Below, piece by piece: positions 53,646 to 64,000 of a DNA stretch of 64,000 nucleotides. The notes under the pieces were generated by a model. That model was given only the letters and a program-made list of their open reading frames with translations, had not been told where the DNA came from and made no database searches. Source of the DNA: Octopus sinensis (lineage: Eukaryota). Made by a program: the position numbers and the translations under genes. The stretch's first letter is position 1, and every line of letters starts with the position of its first letter. Where the stretch lies: NCBI RefSeq assembly GCF_006345805.1, contig NC_042997.1:96782001-96846000 (forward strand), given 5' to 3'.

Positions 53646-53715
53646 TATATATATATGTGTGTGTGTGTGTGGTGTGTGTGTGTGTGTGTGGTGTGTGTGT
53701 GTGTGTGTGCGTGTA

Positions 53716-54050
53716 TGTTAGAGCGTCGTGCTTAGGATCATGAAGTTGTGAATTCGATTCCCAGACAGGGGCTGCGTGTCGTGTTCTTGAGCAAGATACT
53801 TTATTTCACGTTGATCCAGTTCACTCAGCTGTAGAAATGAGTTGCGACGTTACTGGTGCCAAGCTGTGTTGGCATTTCCCTTGGATAACATCGGTGACGG
53901 GGAGAGGGGAGTCTGGTATACATTGGCGACTGCTGGTCTTCCATAAAATAAACCCTAGGCTGTGTTCGCCGGTGAGGCGAGTTTCCACCCAGACTTGTAC
54001 CCCAGAAGGGAACCTCTCAGGTGCACCCATGGTCATTCGTGACCGACGGA
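53716..54050 (+). mobile_element. tRNA-derived SINE family D (CORE/V-like ttcttgagcaagatacttt domain)
   Basis: B-box-like gaattcgattcc; homologous to 60629-60955. Confidence 0.8.
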
Positions 54051-54099
54051 GTCGAATTATATATCTTTTGTACATAAAGTTGTAACCTCTGTCCTTGGG

Positions 54100-55830
54100 T
54101 TTCTTATTGAACTCTTACTTGGATTTTGGAGATAGACCCCCATAACCATATATATTCTGAAACTATATTACCCCGGACACTTGGATAAGTATATTTCATT
54201 TAGATTAAGGAGGTCCCCGGGGAACACAACCACCCCGATCCCCCATTTTTCCCATTGATTCAAATGGAATTTAAACCATAGCTAAATGAATAGAAATGAT
54301 GTCTATACCCAAAATATTAGCAAATTTCAATAACATTAAGATACTCTAATGGGGGCTAAACCCCCTTATATTGCAATTTTTGGAAGCCCATAACTTGAGT
54401 ATTTGAACCTCTATTATCTCGGGCTTTTTAGCCTCTGTCTAATTGTTTGTTATTGAACTCTTCCTTGGGTTTTGTAGATAAAGCCCCAGAACCATATATA
54501 TTCTGAAACATCAACCAGGGTAATTGGTTAAGTATATTTCATTTTGATCAAAGGGGTCCCTGGGGGCACAACCCCCTTCCCTCCACTAAAAATTTTATAG
54601 GGTTTTGGAGATAGGTCCCCATAACTCTATGGAAGACCTTAACTTGAGTATTTGAACCTCTATTTTCTCGAGTTTTACAATTAATTAAAGATAAAACAAC
54701 AAAATCACCTCTCTTTTATAGAAAATTCATATTTTTATCATATTTTAATTTACATATTTTATCTATGACAAACCATTACTAGAATTATGTTAAGAAAAAT
54801 TATTAGTGAATGCCTCTATTTTTAACATTTTCTTTTTCTTAACTTTTCTTCAGACACCCATTATGCCACGGAAAAGAAAGTCCACGCGCACAAGGCATAA
54901 ACCTTCCGTCAATCTAAAAGATGTGATGCAAGGGAAGAACAACGACTTTCTAGGCACAGCCAAAGACAAAGAGTGTATCGCGAATCTGAAAGCTCTGATA
55001 CAAGGAACGAATGACTTTCTAGACAAAGACAGAAGCAAACAGAGTCTCGGCAAAATGAAACCTTTGGCAAGCGTTCAGAAAGACAGGAGCAGGATATATT
55101 TTGCTATGTATTGGCAAGAAGCAATTAGTCTGAAGAAGAGATACAACAGCGTTTGATTGTTAATAGAAACAGGTATCAAAATTTAAGACAACGTGAGATT
55201 CAAAATACTAAACCTTTTGCATTAATGTATGACAAAAATGACTCATGTAACAAGGCTGTAATTGGAGAAATGGCCAAACTTTGTTAGTGTGGCGCCAAGA
55301 AATTTACTGGAGGATCACCAGGAATGTGCTGAGGAAATGGAAAGGTTATATTGGGTCCATTTCCACCTATGCCTCAGTTATTTCTAGAATTGTTCACTGG
55401 GGAAATTCAATTCGGCAAACATTTTTTGTCAAGGCTCAGGGAGTATAACTACTTGTTTGTCATGACCAGATTTGGTCACGTAAATACATCTGTAAGAACC
55501 CAAGATCAAATTTACCATCAACTTCGGGTAAGAGAGAACATGGTCGGTGTTTTAATGCACCAGCATGGGTTGAAGTCGCAATTTTAATGTCAAAAAAGCC
55601 TCCAGGAAATAGAGATGTTTTTCAGTTGAAACCAGGTGGATTGAGAATTTCAGTTACATCGATCCTATGATCCTTTAATGTATCCATTGTTCTTTCCATA
55701 AGGAACATACGGTTACCACATATATTTGCAAGGGAGAAATTACTACCAAGGAACAGTGAAATATCTCGATTGGAGGATTTCGCGACTCACCAGTTATGCT
55801 ACTTAATCCTGAACAACGCTATGTATGCCT
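54100..55830 (+). mobile_element. Helitron remnant: subterminal diverged ~345-bp repeats (54100-54680) and RepHel N-terminal region
   Basis: C*CGAKKF...GMC*GNGKV.L, KHFLSRLREYNYLF.MT.FG, QDQIYH, GEH.RCFNAP, HRSYDPLMYPLFFP.G..G. Confidence 0.75.
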
Positions 55831-56636
55831 GCTAGTATATTATATATAATGTAATGTGTATGTGTGTGTGTTTGGTTTGTTACGTAGCAATGTTGTTTTG
55901 ATATACATTTTACATTTTATTAATTGCCTTATTTCTTCCTGATTTGTTTTGACCAAAACAATATTTGATTTACTTTCTATTCTTCAATTTATATACCTAG
56001 TGTTTCTGCGAAGATTTATTCCCTTCGGTTTGAATATGTTTGTTGCCATGTGCAAGTGGGACAGGTCAGTTCTTTACTGAATTTTGTTTATTCTGCAGTT
56101 TATTGATTTCTGTTTTCGTAACAATTTTCCGTTTATATTCTTTAATCACTATTGTCTTCTACATTTAATTTTGTTTTATATTAGTTATAGTTATTAGTCC
56201 TTATAGTTCTTTAGATACGAATGTGATTGCAGTTATTTTCCCCTATTTTCTACAACTCAATTTACGCGATTTCTATATCTGTTAGCTGCAGTTTTTTGAC
56301 GATTTATATATGTAGGTTTGAAGTTTGCATTTATGCTTTTAACTATTAGCAGGTGTCGATCTAATGAACACATGGAGAATATATTTGGCTCCTACATCTT
56401 GCCATCTATTCTGAAACAAGATTTATAATTATAATGCTGTTGAAATCACCAATTTGAATGGTAAGCGCAGGTGTCGAAACACCATGATACCCGTTAGGTA
56501 GGTAAAGAATTTGTTTATTGGAAAATCATTTTTGCAGTTGTCCACTATTCAGATTCTGCTACTAGTAAAAGCTATTCAAATTTTCAGGGAACTTATAAGT
56601 CATATTGCTGCATATACATATGTGTGCGTTTATGCA

Positions 56637-56683
<47 letters not shown>

Positions 56684-56748
56684 ACTTATCTCTATCTTCT
56701 ATCTATCTGTGTGTGTATTTGTATGTATCAGACAGGTAAGCGGTATAA

Positions 56749-56984
56749 GCGGCGAGCTGGCAGAAACGTTAGCACGCCGGGGGAAATGCGTAGCCGTATT
56801 TCGTCTGCCGTTATGTTCTGAGTTCAAATTCCGCCGAGGTCGACTGTGCCTTTTCATCCTTTCGGGGTCTATAAATTAAGTACCAGTTACGCACTGGGGT
56901 CGATGTAATCGACTTAATCCGTGTGTCTGTCCTTGTTTGTCCCTTCTGTGTTTAGCCCCTTGTGAGTAGTAAAGAAATAGGTAT
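56749..56984 (+). mobile_element. SINE family B, full-length monomer
   Basis: Head tggcagaaacgttag, B-box gagttcaaattcc, conserved core, tail aaagaaataggtat. Confidence 0.88.
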
Positions 56985-58197
56985 AAGCAAAATCTATAAG
57001 ATTACATAATATATTATACATCTCTCAACTCATCAGTTTATTTGAGCTTCAGCCTGCTCAAAGAAACAATGAGCAGTGACATGTTGATTAATCATCAAAT
57101 TATATCAACAGGTGAAATTTCTAATCAGAATTACCAATATTGAAGAAATATAAGGTGAATGGGACTACAACCTCTCCAATCAATGAGGGTTGATAGCAGG
57201 GTGATGTTGTAAATTGAAGAACAGTTAAACGCACTTATATGCAACGCTGTCAATAAACTTAGCAACCTCATTCATCGAATCTATTGCTGGCAGAATATAC
57301 TTGTATGTTGGTGGATAGTAAGTACCACGAGTGACATCAAAACATGTTCAAAGAGTAACCACCGACCTTATTCATAAAAAGCATTATTGTTATATTATTT
57401 TGATGTTATCTACATTAACTATTGATCTGGTTCAAATAATCCAGCTTTACTTAGTCACTCTCTTACTTCGCTAATCGTAATAAAGGTATTTAGAATACTT
57501 GTTTCAGAAATAATAGAATATTACCTGAATCAATAAAGCATCATATAATTAATAATTCCAGGAGAATGGCATTATGAAAACCATAGTTTAACAATGGTCT
57601 CTAGAAATTTCAGAGGAGTGAGAAGGAAAAGAATAACATACAGGAAAAGGAAAAGAATAAAAGATACAGAAAAAAATAAATCAAATAGAGAGACAGGGAT
57701 CAACTGAATACCAGGAAAGCAGTATGATCATAAACGAATAATTATGCATCGTAGACTAATGGAAGTATTATAGGCAATATTCAGTGTTCACATAAAAATA
57801 TATAATTGTAAACTTAAAAATTATTTTAAATATCAGATTTACAGATATCAGTTATTTGTCTGCGAAGACGTTACGAGTTGAAGGTCAGAAATGGTACGGA
57901 ATGAAAAACAGAACCGATATTCAGAAAAGACCTTACAGAAACATTTACCTAGCATATCCAGTAACCAATACCATCACAATATTATTTAGAATAAAGCGAA
58001 TCAATTAAAGCCATATATGTTCAGCAGATAGGAAATACATTTCTATAATTATGTAAAGAGTTTGGATGTAATAAAAAAAGGAGTTTATGAGGATTAAATT
58101 ATTGTATTACTGCATCGATCAGACTATCAGATGTTGCTGTATACCACTGGTCACAATGCGCTTTCTCACATTGTTATAGCGCGCATGCCATATTAAC

Positions 58198-58234
<37 letters not shown>

Positions 58235-58789
58235 AATGTATGCTTGTATGTATATATGTATGCATGTATGTGTGAATGAATATGTGAATATATATATGCA
58301 TGTATATGTGTATATGAATATATATGTATGTGTTTACAGGTTATACATACATATGTATATATATATATATACATGTGTGTGTGTGTGTGTGTATGTGTAT
58401 ATATATCGATTATACATACAGGCATACATGTGGTAAGTTGGGTGAGCCGGTGCAAAGTAAAAATAACATTAAGAATTAAAATGAAAATTTTGAAATTAAG
58501 GAACAAAATTATATTAACGTGAATTCGAAATTTGAAGCTCGTTTAATTGTACTCAAAAATTTGAAAATTTTTATATTTATCTTAATTCTTGTTTTTACTG
58601 TCACATTAATTTTTGAAAACGTTTCATTATTGATATTTAATCATTTTCTAATTATTCATTTCCAAATAATTAATTTCTTACCAATAATTGTTTTAACTCT
58701 GCAAATTTAGTTTTCAGTCCATTAATATTTTGATTTATAAATTCAATTTTATTTCTTATTCTATATTCTATAATACTTTTATTCAATAT

Positions 58790-59600
58790 CGTATTACGTT
58801 TAGAGCAGAATCGATAGTGTTTAGCAAAGAGTTAGCAATAGAATGGAATAGATTAGAGGGCGAACTAATCAATAAATTAAAGGAGGCGATTAAAAGGGGC
58901 ATTTCGACCGATATGTTAGCGGCGAGAATGACCCATGACCATTGCGTTTTTAGAGCTAAGGTCCGTTCGCTCAAATAGGAAGGAACTAAAGCTGTCCGAT
59001 GGGCTCGACAGTGGAGGCGCGACGTGGAAACAAAACCATCGGATGGCGTCGTCGGACGCTGGACTGACGAACCAGTTAAAGTGTTCGGGATCTGATTTGA
59101 TCTTGACCTCCAGGTTGATAAGACAATGTGGCGAAAAGGGTGGCCAGTCTTACCCAGAAGTAGGCTGGAAGAAAGCTGTCCCTGAAATGTCGAGCAGAGA
59201 TGGCGAATGATTACTTATCCTTTATCGCCTGACCGTCGTGCCTTGTCCCGGTCACTCCTTGACCAGGCTGAAGCGTCTCATATTTCAATTCTTGTGGAAG
59301 GGACGCGTTCCAATGGTCAGGGGGCCAGTCTGTTGCCAGCATCCTCTGAGTGGCAGATTAAGTTTACCACGGTTCCTAATGCGCAGACACGCGCTTAGGT
59401 TACACCACCTACACCGATTTCTGGACGATGGGCGTGTTTGGGCTCCGTTTGTGAGGCTTGTCTTTCTGCAGCTCATCTCCTTGACAGAGCTGCACTCCTG
59501 GGTGACGAAAAACCCGAGACTGGGTGTCTGGCACCTAGAATGTCGTCAGGCGCTCACAACCCTCTACCAGTCGGATGGTACTTCTCTAAGTGTAGACATG
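58790..59600 (+). mobile_element. L1/Tx1 ORF2 remnant (post-APE linker fused to post-RT region)
   Basis: RLEGELINKLKEAIKRG..DMLAAR, then VVGRWTDEPVK, LTRLKRLIFQFLWKGRVP.VR..CCQHP, LMRRHALRL..L, WHLECRQAL. Confidence 0.8.
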
Positions 59601-59897
59601 TGAGTCGTAGAGAAGGAACTGGAGAGGACACTTACTCCAAGAATTTCAAGGAAATCTCGGACAGTGGGGTTCCTCGATTATCCCTGGAGGCGTTCTTGCA
59701 TCAGGAGGGCCACATCTCTATCATCCTCCGCCTATTTTTTTACCTTTTGTTTGTTATGTGTATGTCCTTTCTTTTCCAGTATATACCGTGCATACTGCAT
59801 TTTTTTATTATTATTTCACTATGTCTGTATTGTCTGTATTGTCTCCTTCATCTTTCACCCTTGTGGCAAACAAATGAAATCATCATCATCATCATCA

Positions 59898-59973
<76 letters not shown>

Positions 59974-60541
59974 CACCATCATTATTATTATTATTATTAT
60001 CACCATCATTATTAATCAATCAGCAAGGCTCTGGGAAGAATCGCCAGCAAAGCACTTAAAACTACAGTTACTTGGAAAGGATAATGAATGAACGGGCTGT
60101 TCAGCACACTGTTCCTAAGGAAATCTACAAATTAATAGTTCTTAGAATGTTTTCTATGTTAATTCTTTCAATCTATCCATCTATCTTTTTTACGCATCTT
60201 TCTTTCCCCTCTTTGTCTCCCTCCCTCTCTCTCTTTTTCTCTCTCTCCCTCTCTTAATATATGTATGTATGCATTTATTTGTTTTTAAAACGACACTTCT
60301 ACCTTAATACTAGGTGAATATAAGACCAGCATTCCATAGAATATAAGCAGTAACGCTACTACCTAGAACTGAATACCAATACAGGAGGTTCGTTTCAATT
60401 AGTGCACTTCGAAAACGTAGTGAGTGATGGGCCTTTGAAAATTCAGTCGAAACATATGTAGATGAGATTTATACGCTGTAGAAAACTTTTACGGTTTTGG
60501 ATATCAATAAAGTCTCCACTCTCTTCTTCGTTATCAACTAT

Positions 60542-60604
<63 letters not shown>

Positions 60605-60628
60605 GTGTGTGTGTGTGTGTGTGTGAAA

Positions 60629-60955
60629 GCGCATGGCTCTGTGGTTAGAGCGTCGAGCTTACGATCGTGAAGCGAGTTCGATTCCCGGACCGGGCTGTGT
60701 GTTGTGTTCTTGAGCAAGACACTTTATTTCACGTTGCTTCAATTAACTCAGCTGTACAAATGAATTGCGGCATCGCTGATGCCAAGCTGTATTGGCCTCT
60801 TCCTTTGCCTTGGATAACATCAGTGGTGTTGAGAGGGGAAGCTGGTATGCAAGGGCGACTGCTGGCCTTCCACAAACAACCCTGCCCGGACTTGTGCTTC
60901 GGTGGGTAACTTTCTAGGTGTAATCTCATGCTCATTCATAACCGAAGGGAGTCTC
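60629..60955 (+). mobile_element. SINE family D
   Basis: A-box-like tggctctgtggt, B-box gagttcgattcc, ttcttgagcaagacacttt. Confidence 0.85.
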
Positions 60956-61353
60956 CTCCTTATATATATACACACAAATGGGGCTTAAAGTTTACGACAA
61001 CTGTTTCGGTAGAAGTTAACTGATCTATTCATAGATTACATGATAGCATATAATCCAACATTTGATCCAATTTTCCAAATAGGTATAAAATGGTGAAGTA
61101 ATAACTTGTTGATGAATCCAACCAACATTATTCGAAAAGTGGTAATTTAGAAAGCGACTTTCGAATTTATAGAGAAATTACATGGAAAGGCTGTAACAGA
61201 CATGCGAGAAGTAGAGAGATCAAACTACTCAATTATTTGGTTATAACAGGCATGTGAGAAGCAAAGAAATCAAACGGCCCTATTATTTCAAAACAGTTAT
61301 CTCAATTAGTAAGCAAAACTGGCAACACAAACCTCTTTATACCTGTTTAGAAT

Positions 61354-61423
61354 TTTACCTGAAGATGGTGAATTATATACTATTATGAATACAATAAAAG
61401 TATACCGAAAGAGTTGTCGTAAG
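61354..61423 (+). ncRNA. Type I hammerhead-like motif in an element with a short inverted terminal copy (~60990-61016)
   Basis: tttac-CTGAAGA-t-ggt...acc-GAAAG-agtt-GTC-gtaag; the inverted copy reads GAAAC-agtt-GTC-gtaa. Confidence 0.6.
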
Positions 61424-61652
61424 TTTTAAACCGCGTTGGTGTTTTTTTACACTTACGCCGCCCCTAGACCCGTCTCTCAGTCGGATCTGCGCTTTAAATT
61501 GGATTTAGAACTTACATGCCTACAGTAACCGACCAACACCTGATACGTTCATAATTGTTTTACCTCACAGTGACCTCTATTTTATTGCACCTGACTATTT
61601 CTGGCGTCTTGCATGTCAATGTGCCTAGATTCTAATGAATTTTATTACTAAT

Positions 61653-61724
<72 letters not shown>

Positions 61725-61787
61725 GTAGGTAGGTAGATAGATAGATACAGCTGTAGACAGACAGACAGATAGATAGATAGATAGATA

Positions 61788-62582
61788 TGTTTCTTTATTA
61801 GCCACACAGGGCTGCACACAGATAGAACAAATTACAAGGTAGAGCTTTTCTTTTGAAGGTTTAAAAAAAAAAAAGAAGGGAAGGGGGAGTTTTGATCAAA
61901 AGGGATCGTAAAAGGAGAGAAAGAGGACAAAAAAAGGGGGGTTAAAAAAAAGGGGGGAGAGGAAAAAAAAATTGATCAATAGGGATCGTTATCACAGAAA
62001 TGTCAATATGAAGTGTAAAGGGGAGGACAGGTGAGGTTTACCCGTGGAAAGAAAAGCCTACGGAAAAGACCACGGTAACCTCGGTCAATGGAGTCACATG
62101 TTATATTTCTTTTTTTTTTTTTTTGGCGAATAAGCAACTCTCTGTTTTCAATTTCTGGGTTCATAGGATCATGCTCAAGGTGGCTTCGTCATTCATACGT
62201 GCCATTCTTGCTACATTCACCCATCTTTTTTAAAACATTCGCTAGACAAAACTTGCCTCTCTACTCTCACTTTCCTTTTCAAGTGGTACTTGAGAAGTTG
62301 AGAGATTGACCAGAGAGGAAAGTGTTTGTCTCCAATCCTTTCAGACGCGTCCACCAGATACATTCTTTCGCCATAGCCACAAGGATGATGAAAATAGCTC
62401 CCTTCCCGTTTGAAGGAAGGAGGCGTGACAATATGACGATAGACTCAGCTGATAAACCGACTCGTCCCACACGTGACAGCAGTTGTTCGACATAAGCCCA
62501 CAGGTCGGAAATTGTTGGACACTGCACGAGTGCGTGCAGAACGGTTCCGTCGCTCTGACCGCATCTCGGGCAGGTCGGCCCC
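61788..62582 (-). mobile_element. 5'-truncated L1/Tx1 3' end embedded in (GATA)n
   Basis: [34 protein letters not shown] (ORF2 C-terminal zinc-finger region); 3' UTR shared with 33670-34189; (GATA)n on both sides. Confidence 0.85.
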
Positions 62583-62649
<67 letters not shown>

Positions 62650-62690
62650 TAGATAGACAGATAGACAGACAGGCAGGCAGGCAGACAAAC

Positions 62691-62752
<62 letters not shown>

Positions 62753-62828
62753 GCAGGCAGGCAGGCAGACAGACTAACAGACAGACAGACAGGCAGGCAG
62801 GCAGTCAGACAGACATACAGACAGACAT

Positions 62829-62882
<54 letters not shown>

Positions 62883-63236
62883 GAATTTCTCAGACGTGCG
62901 TATTTCTTATTTATGATAATATATATGTGGATGTATAGGCATATATAAGTTTTTCAATCCGAAGTCTAAGATCACTAGTTAAACGGTAAAGTATTCCATA
63001 TATATCAATATAGATTATATTAGTTTCATTCTAGGTATTAGCTTCACTGGTGTTTCAACTTTTCAAGTTTCGCAATTTCCTTCAAGTATCCCGAAGAAAA
63101 ATCGTGACAGCTAAAATTCCGTGACGCTTTAGGTATATAGTTAACATCTCCATTTCTGTTTGTTAGTCCTTCGCTTATCCTTCTGTTTGTCTGTTTCTCT
63201 CCCCGTCGCTCTCTCTCTCTCTCTCTCTCGCTCTCT

Positions 63237-63275
<39 letters not shown>

Positions 63276-63714
63276 ATGAAATAAAAAGCGCAGCAGAAAG
63301 TGTTGCACAATTGAAATTGAAGGTGAGAACAGTAAAAACCTAAGTGAAGAATATATTAGAATAGCTGCTGCGTAGTTAGAGAATGGTTGAATATCTTGGA
63401 TGGTAGTAGGAAAAAGAAATCTGCTACACTGTGCGTCAAATAATCTGTACATTAACCGGAAGTATTCATGCTCTTTGATACCCCTAGAGAGAGATACACT
63501 CTTAGAACTGCCGAAACTTTCAATCGACAGCTGATGAAGGGATGTTTCCATAGCGCAAGTGATATGTCAAACATTAAATAGACATACCTTTGTTTGTGTA
63601 TATGTGTATATATACATATATATATGTGCGTGAGTGTGTATACACACACACACACACACACATATATATATTATATATATTTATTTATATATATATATAT
63701 ATATATTTATTTAT

Positions 63715-63764
<50 letters not shown>

Positions 63765-64000
63765 CGTGTGTCTGTGTATATGTCTGTCTGTAGTGTGTGT
63801 GTATGAGCGTGTGGGCGTACGTGTAGCAATAAACTGTTAGAGGGCAATTTTCCCCGGGCTGGCTTGTGTCTTGTCAGACAGTTACATGAAATGCTAGCTA
63901 AGAGCTATTACATATCTAAAGCTGTGGAGCACTTTGAAATCTGAAAACAATGAAATGATTATTAGTGTGAACAGTACTTATTGCTAATTAAAAGCTTTAA

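Noticed and set aside
57240-57345. Minus-strand frame DVTRGTYYPPTYKYILPAIDSMNEVAKF
   Set aside because: Short and unassignable; compatible with chance or an old repeat
63505-63560. GAAAC and CTGATGA close together (possible HHR)
   Set aside because: No consistent stem III/NUH or stem II closure could be folded

Overview
Eukaryotic, very AT-rich, microsatellite-dense DNA made almost entirely of transposon remnants. The SINE families and (TA)n/(GATA)n/(CATA)n/(AAT)n load resemble octopus (coleoid cephalopod) intronic or intergenic DNA; this assignment is from recall and was not checked against a database. No host protein-coding exon could be supported, and most ORFs in the track are microsatellite artefacts. 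Recognisable remnants: Penelope-like elements (RT plus GIY-YIG), L1/Tx1, CR1-type and R4/Dong-type LINEs, Tc1 and mariner, MULE, hATm-like, Helitron, and three tRNA-derived SINE families. The most striking signal is about 16 type I hammerhead-ribozyme (HHR) motifs, found by manual folding. Most lie in non-coding units of about 470-496 nt. These units form tandem, circularly permuted, head-to-head inverted arrays inside (TA)n tracts, which is a retrozyme or Penelope pseudo-LTR-like system. In one array the inversion breakpoint falls exactly at the predicted self-cleavage site. Also notable are a tRNA-headed element that appears to carry an HHR tail and Tx1 copies flanked on both sides by (GATA)n.
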